This document shows, one piece after another, positions 1 to 8,008 of a stretch of 64,000 nucleotides of DNA. A program made the translations under genes and the position numbers. Source of the stretch: a virus; IMG/VR virus record IMGVR_UViG_3300000115_000005; one strand, 5' to 3'. The notes under the pieces are model-generated. The model was not told the origin of the DNA. It searched no databases and worked only from the letters and a program-made list of their open reading frames with translations. Every line of letters starts with the position of its first letter. The first letter of the stretch is position 1.

Positions 1-90
1 GATATAACGATCAATAAAATTTCTCTTCTATTGTAAATGGAGAATTTTATTGTCCAGTTATTTTTTTCTACGGCACTCCAAGTTCTTACT

Positions 91-297
91 TTACTTGCTG
101 TTGTTAAATAGTTTGATGTTAGTTTCAAGAATCTCTTTTGCATATTTGGACATTTCTGTTACAGTTTCAACGGTCTTATCCATGTATGTATGTAATTCTT
201 TAACTGAATTCTTTTTAGCAATATCATTTAATTGATTTAAAAACTTGACTTGGCTATCAATTGTTGTTGATACTAAGTTGATTGGATTAATAAACAT
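91..297 (-). CDS. phasin-like small amphipathic protein
   Basis: 68 aa, helical and amphipathic; AAGGAG RBS; late promoter and a TGC-N3-GCA box upstream. Confidence 0.45.
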   Translation of the reverse strand: MFINPINLVSTTIDSQVKFLNQLNDIAKKNSVKELHTYMDKTVETVTEMSKYAKEILETNIKLFNNSK

Positions 298-317
298 ATA
301 AATCTCCTTAAAATAAT

Positions 318-325
318 TATTTATA
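318..325 (-). promoter_or_regulatory. T4-type late promoter TATAAATA
   Basis: exact TATAAATA on the minus strand, 20 nt before the ATG at 297. Confidence 0.75.
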
Positions 326-332
326 AATTTTA

Positions 333-349
333 TATTGTGCGTTGCAATA
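333..349. promoter_or_regulatory. palindromic operator, PhaR-box-like
   Basis: TATTG-TGCGTTG-CAATA containing TGC-N3-GCA. Confidence 0.4.
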
Positions 350-430
350 ATTGGGGCAAATCTATTAAATTACTACCCATATTAAAGTAAACTCATTATA
401 CATATTGGTGTGCTTTTTCAGGTGTTACTA

Positions 431-859
431 TTATAGATCACCTTCTTTTCTATTTTCACTATAATGAGCATCAAACTTACCTCCAGGATATCTACTCTCG
501 AGCTTTTCAATATTTTCTTGTATTACTTCATCTGGTTTTAGTCCCATTGCGGTACATGAATTTACCCAATACCAAATAATATCACCTAACTCTCTCTTGA
601 TATGAAATTGTGTTTTTTCACTCATAGGTTTATCTTGAAATAAACACTTCTTTACAATTTCAGCTAATTCACCACCTTCTGATGCAATACCAATGGCACC
701 TGTTAATAATCTGGCTGTATTCACACCACTTTTAGAATCAATTGCAGCCATTCTTTCATGTAACTTATTTGTTGAGCCAGAGGTTTCAGAGGTCACCTTA
801 GTAACAAACTCTTGATATTTTTTTAAATCTATCAATTTATCACCCTTTCTTATTTTCAT
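431..859 (-). CDS. mazG: MazG-like nucleotide pyrophosphohydrolase
   Basis: GIASEGGELAEIVKK, RELGDIIWY and NIEKLESRYP motifs. Confidence 0.9.
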   Translation of the reverse strand: MKIRKGDKLIDLKKYQEFVTKVTSETSGSTNKLHERMAAIDSKSGVNTARLLTGAIGIASEGGELAEIVKKCLFQDKPMSEKTQFHIKRELGDIIWYWVNSCTAMGLKPDEVIQENIEKLESRYPGGKFDAHYSENRKEGDL

Positions 860-1259
860 TTAAAATTCTTATGTTTTTACCTGATACTTTTACCATAATC
901 CAGTCATTGTAATAGTCCTCCCGTTCAAGGACACGCCTCTCCATCTGTTCCTTCAACTCTAAGTAAGCACAATCAGACCTATTAGAGCAAAGATATAATA
1001 TCTCTCTAATAAATTTATCTTCTCCGTGTTTTTTGACATCATCAATAAGAGTATTGTTTGAGCCCCAATACTTTTTCCAATCTGATGGTTTTCTAATCTT
1101 CTTTTTTTTACCTTTTACTTGTTTGTAACCGGCTTTAGTGAAGAATTTCTTTCCAATGTATCGTTTTTTATCTACAAGATTATGTATGCAATAAACGAAA
1201 CCAAAAGAATTGCCAATATCTGATTCATTAAATTCATGTCCATTGTAAGTCCAATTCAT
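840..1259 (-). CDS. denA: GIY-YIG endonuclease (T4 endonuclease II-like)
   Basis: GFVY..KRYIGKK, DWKKYWGS, FIREILYLC, YYNDWI; downstream of nrdB as in T4-like phages. Confidence 0.8.
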   Translation of the reverse strand: MNWTYNGHEFNESDIGNSFGFVYCIHNLVDKKRYIGKKFFTKAGYKQVKGKKKKIRKPSDWKKYWGSNNTLIDDVKKHGEDKFIREILYLCSNRSDCAYLELKEQMERRVLEREDYYNDWIMVKVSGKNIRILNENKKG

Positions 1260-1402
1260 TCATCTCCAATCTTCGCTTCTTCTAAATCAATGTAACTGGA
1301 ACAGAAAGGACAATACATAGGGTCCGTTTCTGTTCCTTCTACGTCATATTCTATTGTATATGATGATTCACAAGTATCACAAGTATATTGTATAGTTTTC
1401 AA
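1256..1402 (-). CDS. small zinc-ribbon protein (48 aa, not in ORF track)
   Basis: TTG start adjacent to the nrdB stop; CDTC and CPFC motifs; TGA overlaps the denA ATG. Confidence 0.7.
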   Translation of the reverse strand: MKTIQYTCDTCESSYTIEYDVEGTETDPMYCPFCSSYIDLEEAKIGDE

Positions 1403-2374
1403 TTAGGCAGCTTTTCCCCACACATCTCCCCATTTTCCTTTCATAGCACCTTTAGCATAATCAGTTGCTCTGTTTTCAAAAAAGTTCGTGTGTGTGGGTG
1501 CATTAATCATACCTTCGACCCATAATAATGGATTTCTTTTCACCTTAAATATACCTTTTAGTCCTAAGCTGATTAATCTTCTATCAGCTATGTACCGTAT
1601 ATATTGTTTTACATCTTCTGGTTTAAGATCATCCATTGGCCCCATTTTAAAAGCTAAGTCAATAAATTTATCTTCTAGTTCGACCATCTTTGTTGCAATC
1701 GTATAAATTTTACCTTTCAGATCATCATTCCAGATTTCTCTGTTTTCTTCTATGTATGTTCTGAATAATTTAATCATTGATTCGGCGTGTTGTGTTTCAT
1801 CAACAATTGACCAAGTAACGATTTGACCCATACCAACCATTTTACCATGTCTTGGAAAATTTAATAACATAATGAATGACGAAAATAATTGCATACCTTC
1901 AGTAAAAGCTGAGAACACAGCAATATGTGTTGCTGTTGATTCTTTTGTACCATTCTTTGATGATAACTCCATTACATAATCATGTTTAGCTCTCATCTCT
2001 TCATAGTCGGCAAATTCTGAATATGTTGATTCAGGCATACCAAGTGTTTCAATCAAATGAGAATAAGCTGCGATATGTAATGCTTCACGAGCCGCAAACC
2101 CAGCTAACATCATTCTTACTTCTGGTTGTGGGAAATGTGGTAAATAATTCTTTACATAACCACCTGCAACATCAATATCACCTTGAGTGAAAAATCTAAA
2201 AATATTTGTAAGAAAAGCTTTTTCTTCTTCAGAAAGCTTATTCTTCCAATCTTTTACATCTTCATTCATTGGCACTTCTGTGTGCATCCAATGTGATTGT
2301 TCATGTTTCAGCCACGCATCATAAGCCCATGGATAATTAAATGGTTTATAATATGTTCTTTCGTCTTTTAGCAT
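1403..2374 (-). CDS. nrdB: ribonucleotide reductase class I beta subunit
   Basis: FFTQGD, EALHIAAYS, FTEGMQLFSSF, DETQH, NFFENR. Confidence 0.97.
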   Translation of the reverse strand: MLKDERTYYKPFNYPWAYDAWLKHEQSHWMHTEVPMNEDVKDWKNKLSEEEKAFLTNIFRFFTQGDIDVAGGYVKNYLPHFPQPEVRMMLAGFAAREALHIAAYSHLIETLGMPESTYSEFADYEEMRAKHDYVMELSSKNGTKESTATHIAVFSAFTEGMQLFSSFIMLLNFPRHGKMVGMGQIVTWSIVDETQHAESMIKLFRTYIEENREIWNDDLKGKIYTIATKMVELEDKFIDLAFKMGPMDDLKPEDVKQYIRYIADRRLISLGLKGIFKVKRNPLLWVEGMINAPTHTNFFENRATDYAKGAMKGKWGDVWGKAA

Positions 2375-2497
2375 TTATACTTCCTTCTTTTGAAATAGTC
2401 CTGAAATCTTTGATTGTATCACTTTCGCCCACCAAGGTTGAGGAAAGTTCCAACCAATTAAAGCACCTAAAAATAACCATAAAAGTGTATCAAACAT
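2375..2497 (-). CDS. small membrane protein (40 aa, not in ORF track)
   Basis: MFDTLLWLFLGALIGWNFPQPWWAK; AAGGA RBS; stop abuts the nrdB ATG. Confidence 0.65.
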   Translation of the reverse strand: MFDTLLWLFLGALIGWNFPQPWWAKVIQSKISGLFQKKEV

Positions 2498-2511
2498 TTA
2501 TTTTTCCTTTT

Positions 2512-3708
2512 TTAAGCCTTATACTCGGCAGCTTCCTCTGAACCGCTTGTTGCTGAACCTTCAGTATAAGAATGTTTACCTGTTCCTGCTAATGCACCAT
2601 CTTTAACAATAGTGTATTCAGTTCTTTGCTCTTCACCATCAAATAATTTTTCAAGTATTTCTCTCGTACCAGCTGCGTATCTAGCTTGAGCTGTGAGTGA
2701 GGTACCTGATGTATGAGGTGTCATACCATGATGAGGCATACTTCTCCAAGAATGGTCATTTGGTGCAGGTTGTGGGAACCAAACATCACCGGCATAACCA
2801 GCTAATTGACCTGATTCAAGTGCATCAACAATTGCTTGTCTATCACAAATCTTACCACGAGCCGTGTTTACTATGTATGCACCTTTTTTCATTTTTGAAA
2901 TTAATTCTGCATTAAATAGATTTTCGGTTTCAGGGTGTAGTGGGCAATTAATTGTTACAACATCTACCGTGGAAACTAAAGATTCGACATTATCATGATA
3001 AACTAAATTTAACTCTTCTTCTACTTCATCTGATAATTTATGCTTATCAAAATAATGCAATTCAACATCAAAAGCTTTTAGTTTTCTAAGTGCATCTAAT
3101 CCAATACGACCAGCTGCAACTGTACCAACTTTCATACCCTCTAAATCATAAGACCTTGAAACTGCATCAGCAATGTTCCAACCACCTTCATTTACAATCT
3201 TATGTTGAGTATGATAATCTCTAACCAATGCAAGAACCATCATTACAATATGTTCTGCAACTGACCTTGAATTACAGTATGTTACTTCCATCACGTCCAC
3301 GCCATTGTCCATGGCGGCCTGCAAGTCAACGTGATCTGAACCTATACCTGCTGTAATCGCCATTTTTAAGTTTGGTGCTGATTCCATTTTTTCTCTTGTG
3401 AGATAATATGGCCAGAATGGTTGAGATATAACAACATCTGCATCAACTAATTCTTTGTCTGCTGTACAACCTTCTCCATCTTTATCTGAGGTAACGACCA
3501 ACTCATGGCCATTTGATTCTAAAAATTCTCTAAGACCCAATTCACCTGATACACAACCAAGTAATTCACCGGGATTAAAATCAATAGCTTTTGGTGATGG
3601 TAATGTTTGACCATCAGGATATTTTTCAATTACTGGTAGATTTTCTATTGCATAATCTTTTGGCATACCACCAGTTGGATCGTCATATAAAATACATAAA
3701 ACTTTCAT
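2512..3708 (-). CDS. fdh: NAD-dependent formate dehydrogenase
   Basis: ISQPFWP, TAGIGSDHVDL, CNSRSVAEH, VAAGRIG, NTARG, GDVWFPQPAP and MTPHTSGTSL, all FDH signature motifs. Confidence 0.96.
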   Translation of the reverse strand: MKVLCILYDDPTGGMPKDYAIENLPVIEKYPDGQTLPSPKAIDFNPGELLGCVSGELGLREFLESNGHELVVTSDKDGEGCTADKELVDADVVISQPFWPYYLTREKMESAPNLKMAITAGIGSDHVDLQAAMDNGVDVMEVTYCNSRSVAEHIVMMVLALVRDYHTQHKIVNEGGWNIADAVSRSYDLEGMKVGTVAAGRIGLDALRKLKAFDVELHYFDKHKLSDEVEEELNLVYHDNVESLVSTVDVVTINCPLHPETENLFNAELISKMKKGAYIVNTARGKICDRQAIVDALESGQLAGYAGDVWFPQPAPNDHSWRSMPHHGMTPHTSGTSLTAQARYAAGTREILEKLFDGEEQRTEYTIVKDGALAGTGKHSYTEGSATSGSEEAAEYKA

Positions 3709-3729
3709 TAGTTTTCCTTTCTTATTGGT

Positions 3730-3936
3730 TTATTTTACAATACATAAATCTTTTGAGGCATCTAGAATATCTCTACCATCATAGAACCAAACATAACTTG
3801 TAATTAAAACACCATTGTCTGTTACATCACATTTTTTACCTAATGATATAGCCAAATGGCCTTTAAACATTTCTGGTACTGATGCACAACCAATTAAAAA
3901 AATTGGCATTAATAATAATAATAATCTTTTAAACAT
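3730..3936 (-). CDS. lipoprotein
   Basis: likely start MFKRLLL; signal peptide and lipobox LIGC. Confidence 0.65.
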   Translation of the reverse strand: MFKRLLLLLMPIFLIGCASVPEMFKGHLAISLGKKCDVTDNGVLITSYVWFYDGRDILDASKDLCIVK

Positions 3937-3940
3937 TTCA

Positions 3941-4735
3941 TTAGCCTCTTGTTGTATTTGCAAGGTCTTCCATCATCTCTTTTTGTTTTAGATCAAGACT
4001 TGCAAGTTTCTTTTCATATTCACCGATAGGGTGATCATATACACCTCTAAAAAATTGAAGTTTTTTAAAAGCGGTAAATCTACCTCTTAAACCATCTTTA
4101 ATTCTTTGCCATGGGCTTAAACCATCACGAATATTTCCATAATAGTTTAAATATTCCAATGTACCATGGTGCTTGAAAAACAAGAAAGATGGGGGTACTT
4201 TTGTAACAGCATCATTGTTGTTTACCCAACGGTGATGATCGAAGCTAAGACTATTTACAAATCTTTTATTACCAACTCTAGGTGAACCAAAAGTGTATAG
4301 TGTTAATGATTTAAAAATGCCTTGTAATCTGGCGGCACAAATAGTGGCCATTGCGGCTCCTAAACTATGACCAGTTATAGTACAAACTTTACCTTTATGC
4401 TCATCAACATAAGTTTCAATTTGATCCCATAATTTTTCAAGTTCACCATAAAATCCATCATGAACTCTACCAGCAACCTGACTCTTTTGTTTCCATGCCT
4501 TTAAGTCAGCAACAACATCACTTGCTACATCAGGTTCAGTACCTCTGAATACAAATGTTATCTCATTATCACTTGTGCAAACATAAGCTTGAGCACCATC
4601 GTGGTCAAGAAAGTCAACTGTTTTATAGTTCATTTCTTTCATAATTTGACTTTGTATATTAGTAGTCAAATCTTCATAAACGAGGCTAGATAATTCACAA
4701 TATTTTAAATCGTTATATCTCAAATCGGTTTTCAT
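3941..4735 (-). CDS. class 3 lipase (alpha/beta hydrolase)
   Basis: FRGTE, VHDGF, TGHSLGAA, TFGSPRVGN, NNNDAVTKVP, YDH. Confidence 0.92.
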   Translation of the reverse strand: MKTDLRYNDLKYCELSSLVYEDLTTNIQSQIMKEMNYKTVDFLDHDGAQAYVCTSDNEITFVFRGTEPDVASDVVADLKAWKQKSQVAGRVHDGFYGELEKLWDQIETYVDEHKGKVCTITGHSLGAAMATICAARLQGIFKSLTLYTFGSPRVGNKRFVNSLSFDHHRWVNNNDAVTKVPPSFLFFKHHGTLEYLNYYGNIRDGLSPWQRIKDGLRGRFTAFKKLQFFRGVYDHPIGEYEKKLASLDLKQKEMMEDLANTTRG

Positions 4736-4742
4736 AATACTC

Positions 4743-5153
4743 CTAATTTAGTTTTTCAATTCTAACTTTTACATCATTAGTTTTATCTTTATAGTTCTGA
4801 ACAGCAGCTTTGATGGCATCTTCAGCTAAAATTGAGCAATGTATTTTTACTGGTGGTAAACATAGTTCTTTTGCAATCTCAACATTCTTAATTGATTCTG
4901 CATCATCAATCGTTCTACCTTTTACCCATTCAGTCATTAAACTACTGCTTGCTATGGCTGAACCACAGCCATATGTTTTAAATTTTGCATCTGTAATGAT
5001 ACCATCATCATTTACTTTTATTTGTAATTTCATTACATCACCACAGGCCGGTGCACCGACCATACCCGTACCAACATCTGAGTCATTCTTATTCATTGAT
5101 CCTACATTTCTAGGATTTTCATAATGATCTATAACTTTTTCGCTATATGCCAT
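4743..5153 (-). CDS. iscU: Fe-S cluster scaffold IscU
   Basis: MAYSEKVIDHYENPRNVG, GAPACGDVM, KTYGCGSAIASSS, LPPVKIHCS. Confidence 0.97.
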   Translation of the reverse strand: MAYSEKVIDHYENPRNVGSMNKNDSDVGTGMVGAPACGDVMKLQIKVNDDGIITDAKFKTYGCGSAIASSSLMTEWVKGRTIDDAESIKNVEIAKELCLPPVKIHCSILAEDAIKAAVQNYKDKTNDVKVRIEKLN

Positions 5154-5295
5154 CTTCTTTCTCCCATTTTTCTTTTAAATAATGTCTATATTTTTGAGCA
5201 TCTATATCGGTATTAAAAGGTCCACCAAAAACTTTGATGTAACCAATAACCCAGTAACCTGTTTTACCTTCTATAATTTCTAACCAGTCATACAT
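5143..5295 (-). CDS. hypothetical protein (50 aa, not in ORF track)
   Basis: ATG overlaps the nrdA TAA (TAATG); MYDWLEIIEGKTGYW; fills the gap to iscU. Confidence 0.55.
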   Translation of the reverse strand: MYDWLEIIEGKTGYWVIGYIKVFGGPFNTDIDAQKYRHYLKEKWEKEDGI

Positions 5296-7316
5296 TAACC
5301 TTCACAAGCGGTACATTCATCTGATTCTGGCTGTTGGTTGAGGTGTATCATCAACTCACTATATCCTCCAATATATTCATTCTCCAGATAAATCTGTGGT
5401 ACTGTTGTAACAGGTCGACCTGTTACTTCAGCTGCTGTTTTACCTAGTTCTTTAATATTAACAAAATCAAAAGTAATACCTCTTTCAGAAAACTCATCTT
5501 TAGTTTTTTGACACCAACCGCAAGTTAAAGTTCCATAAATGATTGCTTGTGTCCTTGTTTCACCTTCTGCGATTGCTTTTAAATCTAAACCTTTAATTAC
5601 ATCTCTTTCAACTTTTCTTGATATTTTATCGGCTTTACCAATCTTTTCTGAACGACAATAGTAAAGAGTTTTAAGCCCTTGCTTCCATGCCATAAAATGT
5701 GTTGCGTGTAAATATTTTACATTTACGTCCGGCCGAAAGAATAGGTTAACGGATTGAGCCTGGTCAATGTAATTTTGTCGGTCAGCTGCGTGCTCCACAA
5801 CCCATCTTTGGTCAATTTCCATACTCGTTTTGAAGATGTCCTTTTCCCGGTCATTGAGTAAATTAAGGTGTTGTACGGATCCATCGGTAGCGATAATGTT
5901 GCTCCAGATTTTCTGATAGTCAAGATCATTTTTTGCTCTTTCTGTAATTATTTTATCAAGAAATTTGTTTTTATGTAGATATGCACCAGATAAAGTATCT
6001 TGCCTATAAGCATTTGCACGATATGGTTCTATACTAGGGCTTGTATTACCCATAATAATACTACTAGAAGCATTGGGAGCAATAGCCATAAGGTGAGAAA
6101 ACCTACGGCCAGTACCAGCAGCATCAGGAGCTTCTCCTCTAATTTTACCGAGATCCAAATTTGCTTCATCTAATCCCCTCCTAATATGTCTAAAGATTTC
6201 CACGTTTCTTGACTTTGCAAGTGCGGATTCATAAGGTATTCCATGATCTTGTAAATGAGCATGGAAACCAAGAGCACCAATACCAATGCTACGTTCATTT
6301 ATAGCACTATATTTTGCACGGTGTACAGCATCAGGACTATTATCAATAAAATACTGAAGCACATTATCTAGCATCTCCGCTACGTCTTTAAGAAAAAGAG
6401 TATTATCTTTCCATTTATCAAAATATTCTAGATTGAGTGAAGATAAACAACATACAGCTGTTCTTTCTTCGTTAGTAGGTAATATAATTTCTGAACAAAG
6501 ATTTGATTGTCTAATACTTAATCCTTTTTTCTTTTGAAACTCTGGCATTTCTCTATTACTCGTATCAATAAAATGTAAGTATGGTTCGCCAGTCATCATT
6601 CGTATTTCAAGTATTTTTTGCCATAACTTTTTAGCCGATATTTTTTCTTTTATTTCTCCCGAATGTGGATCTATTAGTTCCCATGTATCATCAAATTCTT
6701 CATCAACCATGGCATTTTCAATAAGATTCATAAATTTATCGGTAATGTTAATACCATGATGCAAATTCATTGTTCTCATATTAGGATCGCCAGTTGGCTT
6801 TCTTATATCTAAAAACTGTATAATATCAGGATGAGATACATCAAGATAAGCTGCATAAGAACCTCTGCGAGTTCTACCTTGTCTATATGCTAAACTTGAA
6901 GCATCATATGTTTTTAAGTGTGGCATTACACCAGTTGATTTATCATCGCTGGAACGTATTCCTAGACCAATCCCGACACCACCACCTAACATTGATAACC
7001 AGTTCACCTCGGAGAGAGTGTCAACCAAACCTTCTCTACTATCATGAAGATAAGGGAGGAAACAAGAAATAGGAAGGCCACGCTTACTACGACCAAAAGA
7101 TAAGATAGGAGTAGAATAAGACAACCAATGACTACTAGAATATTCATATAGACGTTGTGCATGAGCATCATCAGTTCCGAAAGCTTTTGATACATAAGCA
7201 AATCTCTCCTGTGGTGAAACTTCTTCCTCTTTCATGTAAGATTCTTTTAATCTTCTTAAACCTAGAGTATCGAATAGTTTATCTTTTTCTACATCTATTG
7301 AAATTTTGTGATTCAT
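5295..7316 (-). CDS. nrdA: ribonucleotide reductase class I alpha subunit with inserted glutaredoxin domain
   Basis: PISCF, QSNLCSEI, AIAPNASSS, KTLYY, then CGWC..TVPQI..IGG, then C-terminal CTACEG; likely start MNHKIS at 7316. Confidence 0.95.
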   Translation of the reverse strand: MNHKISIDVEKDKLFDTLGLRRLKESYMKEEEVSPQERFAYVSKAFGTDDAHAQRLYEYSSSHWLSYSTPILSFGRSKRGLPISCFLPYLHDSREGLVDTLSEVNWLSMLGGGVGIGLGIRSSDDKSTGVMPHLKTYDASSLAYRQGRTRRGSYAAYLDVSHPDIIQFLDIRKPTGDPNMRTMNLHHGINITDKFMNLIENAMVDEEFDDTWELIDPHSGEIKEKISAKKLWQKILEIRMMTGEPYLHFIDTSNREMPEFQKKKGLSIRQSNLCSEIILPTNEERTAVCCLSSLNLEYFDKWKDNTLFLKDVAEMLDNVLQYFIDNSPDAVHRAKYSAINERSIGIGALGFHAHLQDHGIPYESALAKSRNVEIFRHIRRGLDEANLDLGKIRGEAPDAAGTGRRFSHLMAIAPNASSSIIMGNTSPSIEPYRANAYRQDTLSGAYLHKNKFLDKIITERAKNDLDYQKIWSNIIATDGSVQHLNLLNDREKDIFKTSMEIDQRWVVEHAADRQNYIDQAQSVNLFFRPDVNVKYLHATHFMAWKQGLKTLYYCRSEKIGKADKISRKVERDVIKGLDLKAIAEGETRTQAIIYGTLTCGWCQKTKDEFSERGITFDFVNIKELGKTAAEVTGRPVTTVPQIYLENEYIGGYSELMIHLNQQPESDECTACEG

Positions 7317-7332
7317 CAGTTTTGTTATCCTA

Positions 7333-8007
7333 TTAATATATTGCTTTAGTAACATTTGGAAAGTTATCTCCTATTATAGACCAGCATTGCTTTGCAATTT
7401 CCATATGCTCTTTTTGCGTGCCATTTGACATTCGCAATCCACAATAATGTATCCATGATCTTAAAGTTCCCGACATATAAAGTTTACTCATCATAAGACC
7501 TTCAGGTAAAATACATCTAGCTTGTTCTTTTGCCATACCCTTATCTACTAAATGTTTATAACTATCAATTGCGAACTCTTTAATTTTTTTCTGCCTTTGT
7601 TCAAAGACATATTGTAAATAACTATGAGCTGGATTTTCTTCGTCCATCATAATACTATTTTGTCTATTTTTAGTATCTTGTAATCTTGATTCTCTTTGTG
7701 CAAATTCCAACTCTTTTGTTGGATCTGCGTATCTCTGACTAAACTCTTGAAAAGAAAATGATCTATGTCTCAATATTTGTCTTCCAATATCTCTTGTAGT
7801 GTTTATTTCTAACACAATATGCACCATCTCAAAAGGAGACCAATGTTTGTTATCAATTAAATATTTTATTAATTTGTCAGAACTTTCAAAATTATTTTGA
7901 TTACTTGGATTAGATACTCTAGCCATATAGATTATTGCATCTTCTGGAGTTTTACCTTTCAAATCGCCAAAGAATGACGAAATGCCAACTAAATGTACAT
8001 TTTTCAT
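7333..8007 (-). CDS. thyX: flavin-dependent thymidylate synthase
   Basis: HWSPFE and RQILRHRSFSFQEFSQRY (ThyX RHRx7S motif). Confidence 0.97.
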   Translation of the reverse strand: MKNVHLVGISSFFGDLKGKTPEDAIIYMARVSNPSNQNNFESSDKLIKYLIDNKHWSPFEMVHIVLEINTTRDIGRQILRHRSFSFQEFSQRYADPTKELEFAQRESRLQDTKNRQNSIMMDEENPAHSYLQYVFEQRQKKIKEFAIDSYKHLVDKGMAKEQARCILPEGLMMSKLYMSGTLRSWIHYCGLRMSNGTQKEHMEIAKQCWSIIGDNFPNVTKAIY

Positions 8008-8008
8008 A

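Noticed and set aside
1-130. Minus-strand frame running off the left edge (..VRTWSAVEKNNWTIKFSIY..)
   Set aside because: Probably a real gene, but it is truncated and its start is ambiguous, so it is not called
7004-7201. Very hydrophobic alternative-frame ORF in nrdA (similarly 33647-33862, 34721-34915, 46367-46621, 59889-60092, 62315-62545)
   Set aside because: T-rich third positions automatically give hydrophobic residues in this frame; no clear SD, and the lengths are expected by chance
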